64,000 nucleotides of DNA from Octopus sinensis (lineage: Eukaryota), in NCBI RefSeq assembly GCF_006345805.1, contig NC_043006.1, positions 66,898,001-66,962,000 on the forward strand, written 5' to 3'. Under the pieces are notes generated by a model. It was not told where the DNA came from and did no database searches. It saw only the letters and a list, made by a program, of their open reading frames with translations. Both the position numbers and the translations under genes were made by a program. Shown piece by piece: positions 1 through 11,095 of the stretch; the stretch's first letter is position 1, and each line of letters starts with the position of its first letter.

Positions 1-278
1 GTCAAGTATTTTCTCGTAGTGGCTCTATATAAATTGTATTAGAGTTGGATTGTTGGTGTTGTTTCAATGGATTTCTAGTTGCGGAGCGAGATTTAAAATC
101 CGGTGTGACTCTGAAACTATAATATAATTTTCATGACGAAGTTGTGATATCAGGAAACGCTCACTGAACAGTGTAAAGAAAACCATTGCAGCATTTTTCA
201 CTACACACACACGCACACGTACACATATACATAAATATATGCATGATGTATATATGTATGTATGTATGTGTATATATA

Positions 279-316
<38 letters not shown>

Positions 317-832
317 CGAGAGAGAGAATGTTAAAATTATTCTTTACAAGTAGGGAGACATGGGAAAATAACAGGAAGAAAATACGTTTATCCTCTTATA
401 TTGCAGTGAATTAATTCCAAAATATATTATTACAGTCAAATCATTTCAGAATACAATAATATGCATTGAAAAACAGATTATCACAATCAAATTATTTCAA
501 AAGACATTATTAGATATTCCGAAATAGCATATCATATCCAAAATACGATTCTACAATCGAATCATTTCAAGATTACGGATACCACTGTACATTCAGATCA
601 TTTCAAAATACCTTATTAAATTCTTCAAAGTTCATAATTACACAGATACATCAAAGTAAATAATTTCAAACCGGTTTCACTTCTTACAGAAGATATTAAT
701 TGCAATATACGTGTGTAATGGCTTGCTACTGGCCTTCATTTAATATAGAGAAAGTCTGCCGGAAGTAGCCTCGTTATATACTCATTATATATTATATACA
801 CACACATACAAGCATACATGATTGTATACACA

Positions 833-873
<41 letters not shown>

Positions 874-898
874 ATATATATATATATATGCGAGAAGA

Positions 899-993
899 AA
901 ATGGAGGACAAACAACAAACAGAAGTGTGTCTTTTGCGCTAGTAAGCCATTAGCGCAAAAAACACACTTCTGTTTGTTGTTTGTCCTCCATTT
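899..993. repeat. Inverted repeat: 43-bp arms with a 9-nt loop, flanked by (TA)n
   Basis: 899-941 (aaatggaggacaaacaacaaacagaagtgtgtcttttgcgcta) is the reverse complement of 951-993 with one mismatch. The arm resembles the body of the hammerhead-bearing family A repeat. Confidence 0.95.
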
Positions 994-1647
994 CTTTCCT
1001 CATATATATAAATTAAACTACGGTTACCCACTAAATTACCTGCTGCCGCATACATTTTACCAAGGAATGTACCCACTGAAGTAATTACCAGAAGTGCCTT
1101 TGGATATATCTCTCCCTTAGAGGCTTTAAACTCTAGAGTCATGTAACTTTACGTCCCTTACCCATGTCTTCAACTTTATATCGTAATAAGAACGCCCCTT
1201 CCCCATTCATGATTTTAGTTTATAGATACAGTGGTTTTGCGTGCGAACTACATTGCGTATGAATATGTGTACATGCATTTGTGTGTATATTTTAGCTTTA
1301 TATTTATACGTCTCTATATGTATGTGGTCTGCACGAATCTATCTGTGTATGTTGATGTATATATGTATAGTTTTATATGAATATGTACTGCCGTGTAATA
1401 TTTTAATGTATTTTAACATTTTAATTTCAATTTCCATGTATTAATTATATTTCCTTTATTAATGTAAGGTTTTTCCTCGAATTTTATAATTTTTATATAT
1501 TTATATATATATTTTTTGAGCTCATTTTTGTTTATCGCTCGAAAATTGACCGTTATTTTTTAAAGGACCAATCAAACAAGTCCATTTTTTAAAGGTGTAG
1601 CGTTTATACTAGTCTGGATAGAATTGACATATCGGTTCTATTCTAGC

Positions 1648-1695
1648 AAAAACTGTCCTATGAACGGCAACGTGAAACTCAGAGTAACAGGTTTT
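1648..1695 (+). ncRNA. Degenerate type I hammerhead-like motif (family C)
   Basis: aaaaactgt CCTATGA acg-gcaa-cgt GAAAC tcaga GTA acaggtttt. Stems I, II (GNRA loop) and III all pair; the core deviates at positions 4-5. Confidence 0.5.
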
Positions 1696-1865
1696 GTTGA
1701 ATTTTCTGCTGATTTAAATAAAGTATAGATATAGATAGATACATACATACATACATACATACATACATACATACATACATACATACATACATACATACAT
1801 ACGTACATATATATATATATGTATGTATATGTACATGTATATGTATATACATATGTATGTACATA

Positions 1866-1910
<45 letters not shown>

Positions 1911-2044
1911 ATGTGTGTGCTTGTGTGCATAGGCATATGTATATGCTCGCATATATTTATATGTGTGTCTATGTATATAATATATATTTTTTGTTTGTAT
2001 AGATAGATAGATGGAGAGATAGATAGATAGATAGATAGATAGAT

Positions 2045-2118
<74 letters not shown>

Positions 2119-2326
2119 TTATAAATATATGTATTAGATGAACGAGGAGAAAATGGAAGAGGCTTCCATAGATTTCTTATTGTAAACTATGGTAGATCAA
2201 TAACGCCAATTCCATTCCACAGCTTACCTTTCATTTGGAATATCGAAAGCATTCCATTAAAAGACCATTCAGCTGTCAAATTTATCCCTTTCTACATCTC
2301 TTTTTCCTTCTCCACTACTTCGTCTC

Positions 2327-2334
<8 letters not shown>

Positions 2335-2374
<40 letters not shown>

Positions 2375-2960
2375 GTGTCTATCTGTTTATCTATCTTTCT
2401 CTCCCTCTCCCTCTTGTATAAATTTTCTTTTTCCATCCTCTCTCTCTTTCAAACTTTCCCTCTGTTTTCCATTCTCTCTATTTTCCTCTCTCGTGTAGAT
2501 TCCTCATATCTTTCACGTTCAAATTTGCTCTAAGTTTCTTTGTGTGATGTGTGTGCGTATGCATGTATATATATGTGTGTGTGTGTGTGTGTCTGTGTGT
2601 GTGTATGCGTGTGTGTGTGTGTTTGTGTGTGGGCGTGTGTGTACGTGTGTTTGTGTACGTGTGTGTATTTGTGCGTGTGTGTGCATGTATGCATGTGGGC
2701 GCGTGCGTGTTTGTGTCTCTGTGTGTATGCATGCATGTATGTGCGTACGTGTGTGTTTGTGTATGTGTATGTATATGTATATTTCTGTGTGTTTGCTTGT
2801 TTGTGTGCGTGTGAATATATATGTGTGTGTGTATGTATGTGCGTGCGTGTTTGTGTGCATATATGTTTGTGTGCATGTATATTTGTGCGTGTATGTGTGT
2901 GCGTGTGTATCTGTGTGTTTATATCTGTATGTGTGTGTTTGTGTTTGAGTTGTGCACGTC
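2335..2960. repeat. Compound (CT)n / (GT)n microsatellite
   Basis: Directly visible dinucleotide runs; source of the spurious CV/HT-rich ORFs. Confidence 0.95.
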
Positions 2961-3107
2961 CGTGTGTGAATGCAAGAATAGAATCTGTTTCTTACACAAA
3001 TAATCAATCTTACATGAAACATTTAAACACAAATACACGCAAACATACGGCCATCTAGATGAACAAAAGGCGTATTACACAAACATATTATGTATGCAAT
3101 ATAAGGT

Positions 3108-3318
3108 GAAGAGCTGGCAGAATCGTTAGCACACCGGCCAAAACACTAAACGGCGTTTTGTGTGTTTCCGGTTCTGAGTTCAAATGCCACCGCGTTCGAC
3201 TTTGACTTTTGTCTTTTCGGCGTCAATAAAATGTATACCATTCCAACAATAGGGTCAATGTAATTAGCTAGAACCCTTCCCCCAAATTTCAGGCCTTGTG
3301 CATATCATAGAAAGGACT
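3108..3318 (+). mobile_element. tRNA-headed SINE, family S1 (short tail)
   Basis: gagctggcagaatcgttagc head, B-box-like gagttcaaat, and tail ccccaaatttcaggccttgtgc; matches the other S1 copies in the window. Confidence 0.75.
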
Positions 3319-3529
3319 ATATGCGTAAATGTCTGTATATGTGTGTGTGTATGTGAACGTGGATATATATATATATATATATATAAACTTACTTGGAGAA
3401 AAGAAAAGAAACGAAACGAAACGACGCGAGGGCGCTCAGTCATACAATAATTTAATAAATAAAATATATGCATACATACATACATGTATGTACGTACCTA
3501 CATCTACATGTATATATACATGCATATAT

Positions 3530-3713
3530 TTTTTTTTCTCTCCTTTTTTTCTCTCCTTGTTTCTCCCCGTGTTTCTTTTCTGTGTATCTTTCTGTTGAAG
3601 AGCGTAGGCTCGAAACGTAAAAGACTTGTTTTATTTCTATTCCTGAGCGCCATACAAATACAATTGTTTGTTTGTACTCCACCTGCCTTCGTCTTTTGTT
3701 TATTTTCGTAAAT

Positions 3714-3715
<2 letters not shown>
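3530..3715 (+). mobile_element. Short non-autonomous PLE-like repeat, family A
   Basis: Closely similar to 27985-28170; carries a hammerhead-like motif and ends in a (CA)/(TA) tract. Confidence 0.65.
3587..3624 (+). ncRNA. Minimal type I hammerhead-like motif (family A, CUGUUGA core)
   Basis: tcttt CTGTTGA a gagc-gtag-gctc GAAAC GTA aaaga: 5-bp stem I, 4-bp stem II, palindromic ACGU stem III. Confidence 0.6.
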
Positions 3716-3775
<60 letters not shown>

Positions 3776-3835
3776 ATATATATATATACATATATACATA
3801 TATATTATATACATATATATATATATTATATATAC

Positions 3836-3882
<47 letters not shown>

Positions 3883-3887
3883 TATAT

Positions 3888-3961
<74 letters not shown>

Positions 3962-3965
<4 letters not shown>

Positions 3966-4200
3966 TACAGGACCCACAAATAGACGTAGAACTCAACGAG
4001 AAACGAAAACATAAAAAAACAACTAGGAAACGGACTTGTTTTAACAACGAAAAAACAGAGTACAAGACAAACAATACAACGAATATTTCCCTTCATCAGC
4101 TGTCCCTGGTTCGACTCAATGCGTGTTTCGAAGGTAAGGACAGAACACGACCCGTCGAAGCAGTCATTCCTGCAAAAGCATTAAATAAAATTCCTTTGCA
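3962..4200 (-). mobile_element. Short repeat, family D (CTGATGA-containing, PLE-like)
   Basis: Related to 8365-8548 (-) and 18361-18475 (+): a hairpin immediately before CTGATGA(A)GG, followed by a T-rich tail running into (TA)n. Confidence 0.45.
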
Positions 4201-4224
4201 GAGGGGTAAAATCAAGGAAAGAAA

Positions 4225-4385
4225 AAAATGCGTGATGCAGCATGGATTTGGATTTTTGTCAGTGAACAGGTCGCGGTCTTAAAGCGACGAAAATATATTG
4301 ACAAATTAAACTTAAATGTTGTAGTGAATCGAACGGCTTTTGTGTGTTTCTTAAATGGCTTACAAACACCTTCCACGCTGCAATT
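4225..4385 (+). mobile_element. Short PLE-like repeat, family B
   Basis: Shares cgacgaaaata..tgacaaattaaacttaaa...ccttccacgctgcaat with 13624-13723; ends in (TA)n. Confidence 0.6.
4255..4305 (+). ncRNA. Type I hammerhead-like motif with a G3:C8 swapped core (family B)
   Basis: tttgtca GTGAACA g gtcgc-ggtcttaaa-gcgac GAAA atatat tgacaaa: 7-bp stem I and 5-bp stem II. Confidence 0.55.
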
Positions 4386-4395
4386 GTTATATATA

Positions 4396-4484
<89 letters not shown>

Positions 4485-4828
4485 TAATGTAGGATAAACA
4501 TTTTTCGAAAAAAAATTTGTCAACGGCCGGCATATTAAAAAATACCTTTAAAGGTTAAATTTATAAACAACTTATAAATGAGTATGGGTATGAGTAAGTA
4601 TCTTATTTATTTCTTTGCCACATTTATCACTGACGGAGGGAGGGTTCTAATGAACTAACCCTGAAATCGGTCCGATATGGTAATAATGGAATTTTTTAGA
4701 AATTTCTGTCGATCTTTTTTCGAGTAGCGTGCGTATTGTGAAAAATTATATGGTTATGGACAATATGTCCAAATCCGGCATATTTGTCATTAGAAATTTT
4801 TTCGTTATATATATATATAGACAGACAG

Positions 4829-4884
<56 letters not shown>

Positions 4885-5344
4885 CAAAAGGATGTGGTAT
4901 AGCACTATTCCACAGCCATACCAATAATCCAACATACCTCCATCATCTGCCGCCCTTCGGATATCATTACGGTTTCGACACCTGGGCAGTACCATTCAAT
5001 TCGGTGGTGTTTACAGCACAAAAATTAGTGTTGTTCGGGAACAAACAAATCAAAGAAGCCACAACTTTCAAACACATTTAACCCAATGTACAACCGTATC
5101 GATAAATAAATTCCATTAGTAAATCACAACCACTCCTAAATACGTAACTAAACAGCGACAAATCTATTAAGTCATGCAAAATTATAATCCCTACCGTCTT
5201 CCGTAGTATAATATAAAAGCAAAAGCTTAAAAACCACATTATTTCAATGAATGAATCGATCAATATATAGGCAGGATTAAAGACTAACTTTACTAAAACT
5301 ACAACAAAGAAGCGTGTACACGAATGTACATTGTATCGGTGAGA

Positions 5345-5620
5345 GAGAAGTAGTTGGAAAGTTCCTGGTTTTGTTTAAAAGAAAATACTGGAAAAGAAAG
5401 TGATTATGATTTTATTCAACATATTCCGTTCTCAGATCCACACACAGCCGTACAGTTTTTCTAAGTCCTGTAAATGAACTCAGAAGATTGGGCCTCGAAA
5501 CAAGTCTTTCGCGATACCCTTAAGAGCCGTGCTTCTGAACCGAATCGTTAACCTCCTGATTCATAGTCGATTTCCAGTTGTTCGCATAGCTTAGTCGATT
5601 TTCGGTCGTTCACTTTGCAG
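5345..5620 (-). mobile_element. Probable mariner-type DNA transposon relic (3' part)
   Basis: Resembles remembered mollusc mariner 3' ends (ttttattcaacatattcc..ctcagat..cacac); no intact ORF. Confidence 0.35.
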
Positions 5621-5962
5621 ATGTGTAGCTTGCATTGTGTCTTCATTTTTTCCCCCAATATATAAAGCCTTGTCCGGTCAAGGTTGGAGGCATTAAGCGG
5701 TTTTGTTTCAGTAAGTTTTAAGATTGGAAATGGAAATATATTGCTATGAATTACATCGTTAATAATACATGAGGTTTGGTATTGCTAATCTATATAGCAT
5801 TGAAAATAAGCCGAACGGATGATATACGTACATGCATAACTGTATTTGTGCATGCCTGCCTGCGTGTGTGTGCGTGTGTGTTAGTGTGTGTGAACGTGTT
5901 TATAGTTTTGTATGTCTATGTATATATATATATGTGTTTTTGTCTGTATAAAAATATGTATG

Positions 5963-5994
<32 letters not shown>

Positions 5995-6019
5995 TATATC
6001 AACTGCCTCTGCATCAACT

Positions 6020-6170
6020 GCAACTGCATCAAACTCTCTCAAGCACCAAATGTCAATTGCTAAAAAGCATTCGTGAAGTAAAATTATGTAGCAACACCAA
6101 ATGGCGGTGCCCCAGCATGGACAGAGCTCGTGGGCTAAAACTAGATGAAATAAAAATAAAATGAAACAAA
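6020..6170 (+). mobile_element. CR1-type LINE 3' end fragment
   Basis: Nearly identical to 9086-9236; includes the end of ORF2 (MSIAKKHS*) and the tail ggcggtgccccagcatgg. Confidence 0.85.
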
Positions 6171-6780
6171 TATATACATACATACGTACGTACATACATA
6201 CATACATACCTACATATATATATTAGTTTACCATTAAACAGTAGATGAAACGGTGCATCGTATAAGAAATTACAGGGTAAATGTTTTTTAATTTTCTCCT
6301 GGTTTACGGAATTGATGTTATTTTGCGGTTGAAGCTTTGGCTGTTATTTCTAGTGGGTGAATGGCCTATTATGGCCGTTCCTTGATTGTGATGTTGAACT
6401 TAAAAATGGTCTATGACTATTTAATTTTTTGCCACTAGGCCGCTGGTGGCAAAAAAATTCTACAAAATTTTTTGCCACCCTATATTGATTAAATATATAT
6501 ATATATATAAATGCATATATATATACACATATATTCACATATATATATATATATACATATATATGTGAATATATATTAATATGAATATATATATATATTA
6601 TATATATATATATATATACTATATATATCTATATATATATATGAATATGTGTATGTACACACACATATATATATATATATACATATACATATATCTATGT
6701 ATAATATAGATAATAAATAATATGTATATGCTTATATATACATACATATATGTACATACCTACATATATATACATGCATA

Positions 6781-8360
6781 GAGAGTCCTAGCAAGACCAC
6801 TGCAGTTCCTCTTTCAGAGCTTCCTTGCAACTGGCAAACTTCCAATAAAACTGAAGGAAGGTAAAATATGCCCTATTCATAAAGGAGGTAGCAGAGCGGA
6901 GGCCAAGAACTACAGACCTATCTCTCTGATCTCACACATCAGCAAGGTCATGGAACGAATAGTCAGAAGGAAACTAATCACCTTCCTTGAAGAAAATGAC
7001 TTGTTGCCTGACACCCAACATGGTTTTCGACCAGGAAGAAGCTGCTTAACTCAGATCCTACAACACTATGACTGGGTGCTGAAACGACTGCTCAACCACT
7101 CAAATGTGGAAGTGATATATCTCGACTTTGCAAATGCCTTTAATATAGTCGATCATGGAATGATATGTCACAAACTGCGTGATCTTGGCATAGTTGGAAA
7201 ATTGGGAGAATGGCTTCATGACTTTCTGAAGGATAGAAGTCAGGTGGTAGTAGCCAATGGGGCCACTTCCATTAACACGCAAATAGTAAGCGGTATTCCG
7301 CAGGGCACTGTTTTGGGACCATTACTGTTCATAATGGCCCTTTCAGACATGCCCTCAGCCACGCAGAGAGCCACGATTACAAGTTATGCAGATGATACAA
7401 AAGTTTCACAGGCAATACAGAACCCTGAAGACACTAAGCACATGCAATGTGATCTGGACAAAATATACAAGTGGGCTGAAAAGAATAGCATGCAGTTCAA
7501 TGCTGAAAAGTTTCAAGCTTTATGCTATCAGCATGCAAAACTAAATGCAATACCCAATGAATACACTGGATCTGGAGGGATTGCAATCAGTGCGTGACCT
7601 GGGTATTTACATGAGTGATGACGCAACCTTTCATGTACTTGTTGCTAAATTGGCAATTAAATGTAGGCGGCTGGCCGGATGGATTCTTAGAACCTTTAGA
7701 ACAAGAGACCAAGAAACCATGATGGTCCTCTGGGGGACACTTGTCCTAAGCCACTTTGGCTATTGCTCTCAGCTATGGTCACCATCCAGTGTCAAGTTGA
7801 CAGAACTTGAGGCGATCCAACGAAACTACACGAAGAAGATAGCCTCTGTGCAGCATATAAGCTACTGGAAGACTCAAGAGATTACTCTATTCCTTGCAGC
7901 GTAGGCGAGAGATATGCCATAATATACAATCTGGAAGATCCTAGAAGACCTTTGTCCCAAACTTTGGCATCGAGAGTTACACAAATGCCAGAACTGGGAT
8001 CCACTGGTGGTGCCAAGGACTCCAATTTTGCCATCAAGATGTAGACAAGATACTGTGGAGCCTGGGCTTCAGAGGCCACAGCTTTTCAATATCCTCCCGC
8101 AGAACCTGAGGGACCCTGCATGGGTGGATGCACATGTCTTTAAAGTAGGACTGGATCTCTTGCCTTCAGGTGTCCCAATGAACCACTTCACGGCAGGAGG
8201 TGCAGATGAGGCAGCTGCATCGAACTCTCTCATACACAAAATGGCAGTTGCTAAAAAGCATTCGTGAAGTAAAATATTAGCCACATCCAATGGCGGTGCC
8301 CCAGCATGGCCACAGCTTGAGCTGAAACTGATAAAATAAAATGAATATAAAAAATAAAAT
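6781..8360 (+). mobile_element. 5'-truncated, frameshifted CR1-clade LINE (ORF2 reverse transcriptase pseudogene)
   Basis: ORF 6950-7597 has QHGFRPGRSCLTQ, YLDFANAF, SGIPQGTVLGPLLF, YADDTK and MQFNAEKF. It continues out of frame (RDLGIYM..., GPQLFNILP) to a 3' UTR and A-rich tail. Confidence 0.92.
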
Positions 8361-8364
8361 ATAT

Positions 8365-8548
8365 GGGTACAGGAGGTAAAAATAAAACTTGAACAAAATT
8401 AAAAACGAGACCAAAAAACAAAAACATGGAAACGGACATTTTTTTCGAATAACGAAAGAAACAAATAGAGAACGAGAACATAAAGAGAATAATCCTTCAT
8501 CAGTTGTCTCTGGGTCATCTACTCCGCGTTTCGAACGTTGAGACAATA
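8365..8548 (-). mobile_element. Short repeat, family D
   Basis: Minus strand: ttgtctc...ttcGAAAC...gagacaa CTGATGA agg, followed by a T-rich tail. Confidence 0.45.
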
Positions 8549-8550
8549 TG

Positions 8551-8597
<47 letters not shown>

Positions 8598-8598
8598 A

Positions 8599-8652
<54 letters not shown>

Positions 8653-8667
8653 TATATATATACATAC

Positions 8668-9240
8668 ATTCACGAAGAAGATAGACTCTATGGAGGATAT
8701 AAGCTATTGGGATAGGCTCAAGAGATTAAGACTCTATTCCTTAGAGCATATACGAGAATGATATGCCATAATATACGTCTGAATTATCCTGGAGGGACTT
8801 GTCCCAAACTTTGGCATCGAGAGTTACAGAAATACTAGAACTGGGCGCCACTGCATAGTGCCAAGGACTCTAAATTTGCCATCAAGGACTCTAAATTTGC
8901 CATCAAGGTGTCGGACAAGATACTGCAATATCCTGGTCATCAGAGGTCCACAGCTTTTCAATATCCTCCCGAAGCACCTGAGAGACCTGCATGGTGTGGA
9001 TGTAGGTATCTTCAAAATAAAGCTGGATCCCTTTCAGCCAGGTGTCCAAGATGAACCAACTTCGCGGCATGAGGTTCAGATGAGGGCAACTGCATCAAAC
9101 TCTCTCAAGCACCAAATGTCAATTGCTAAAAAGCATTCGTGAAGTAAAATTATGTAGCAACACCAAATGGCGGTGCCCCAGCATGGACAGAGCTCGTGGG
9201 CTAAAACTAGATGAAATAAAAATAAAATGAAATAAATATA
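8668..9240 (+). mobile_element. Second CR1-type LINE 3' fragment with an internal 21-bp tandem duplication
   Basis: Homologous to 7829-8360; caaggactctaaatttgccat occurs twice in tandem at about 8862-8903. Confidence 0.9.
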
Positions 9241-9304
9241 TACATACATACGTACGTACATACATACATACATACATACATACATACATACATACATACA
9301 TACA

Positions 9305-9338
<34 letters not shown>

Positions 9339-9596
9339 CCTTATCTACCATATATGTGGCAATTTTCCTTCTTTGGAGTTTTTACCTTCTCCTTTGTGAC
9401 AAAGAGCTATGCTCAAAACGTTAAGACTTCTCTCCTTTCACCGAGCATAAATCTAATTTTGTGCACATCCTCTCGTTCGATTTTTTCTCTGTTTTTCCTC
9501 TTTTCGTTTTTTATTCGTTATCATAACTGATTATTGAATTGATTATATATACATATACTCCTTATTGTGCATGTATTTATGTATATATATATATAT

Positions 9597-9732
9597 ATAG
9601 AATGGTTGTATACTGTCAATCTAACAAGAACGTGACAGTAGGGGTACACCACCGCTGTATAGCCCTAGGAAGACGGTGGTGTACCCCCTACCGTCACGTT
9701 CTTGTTAGATTGACAGTATACAACCATTCTAT
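9597..9732. repeat. Inverted repeat: 58/59-bp arms with a 19-nt loop
   Basis: 9597-9654 pairs with 9674-9732 with one mismatch and one 1-nt indel; (TA)n lies on both flanks. Confidence 0.95.
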
Positions 9733-9804
9733 CGCCCCACCACCGTACATGTCTCTACGAGAGATTTAGAAATTCAATATTTCTTATATATATATATATA
9801 TATA

Positions 9805-9853
<49 letters not shown>

Positions 9854-10704
9854 ATATATAATATATATATGGGCTATATATACTCTCTCTGTACTTTCTG
9901 ATGAAGCGTTACGGGGACTTAAACACACCACCATTGATTGTCATGCGATGCTAGGGGGAGAAACACAGACACACAAACATAAACACACACACATACATAT
10001 ATACACACAGAGGTATGCATTATATACGTATGTACAGAAATATAAGCATTTAAAAGAAATTATGATCATCATAAACTTCATCTTATTAATCATCATCTTC
10101 ATCTTCATCTTCATCATCGTTATCATCATCATAAGTAACTTACTAGTGATTATGTTTTGTTTAACGTCAACCACCTGAAATCTTTACATATAAGATAAGA
10201 ACCTTGTTTGCGAAACACGCATATACACACTCAAATGTACGCACACACCCACATACACACACTCACACATACGCACACACATAAACATATATGGCCACAC
10301 ACACACACACACACACACACACAGATATTTAATGTAAAATTGTTTTGTATAAGTATGTGGTCAATATTTTATATCCATGTGCGTGGATATATTTGATAGA
10401 AAATCTGCATGTATAATTAATGATTTCACAAACTGTGGCAAGTTTAAGATTATTCGCAGAGATGTAGGTTGCGTACAGAATATTTAGATATTAATGAAAT
10501 GAAGTGTCTTCGACCTTAGTAGGGTTTGATCTCAGTTTGTCACAGAACGGAGATGACACATGATTAAAAATTTTCACAGAAGATACGATTGTTTTAGAAT
10601 AATTATATATTCATAAAGCACAATGTCTTCTGCTTTTGTAGGAATTGAACTTGGATGACAGTGAATGCTCCATATGTTCCAGTAATAAAGGCACCGAGTA
10701 CAGT

Positions 10705-11095
10705 AAACTGGCAGGACCGTTAGAAAATTGGAAAAATACTCTCAACCCTTGATGTTCTGAGTTCAAATTCTGCCAGGGTCAGCTCTATCGTTCATCGTTT
10801 GTGTGGCCCTATAAAATAAGTAATCGACTCACGCACATCCATGAAATAGCTAGCCGTGTGCCAAAATTTGAAAACCATTATGGAGGTGAGCTTGTAGAAT
10901 CATTAACACAACGGGAAAAAGCTTGGCAGCATTTCATTCGTCTTGTACATTCTTAGTTCAAATTCTGCCGATATCGACTTTACTTTTCATCCTTTCAGGG
11001 TCGATAATTAAGTATCAGTGAAACACCGAGGTCAATGCAATCGACTAGTCTTCATTTTCCAAATTACAGGATTTAGCAGAAAGGCTTATTATTAT
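10705..11095 (+). mobile_element. Two adjacent degenerate S1 SINEs
   Basis: Two heads, each with (g/t)agttcaaattctgcc; the second has the core cttttcatcctttcagggtcgataa. Confidence 0.7.

Noticed and set aside
3720-3961. Recurrent TT...AA phase shifts inside (TA)n tracts that look like deliberate palindromes
   Set aside because: Any TT-(AT)n-AA is automatically palindromic; slippage or long-read consensus indels explain it.
4880-4995. DYWYGCGIVLYHILL resembling kinase subdomain IX, and a 44-nt AG..GT micro-exon on the minus strand
   Set aside because: No other kinase motifs are present, the spacing is wrong, and the frame runs into a microsatellite; there is no independent support.
6421-6480. 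Short inverted repeat aattttttgccac / gtggcaaaaaaatt with a third partial copy
   Set aside because: Short and largely homopolymeric; there is no second end or TSD to define an element.
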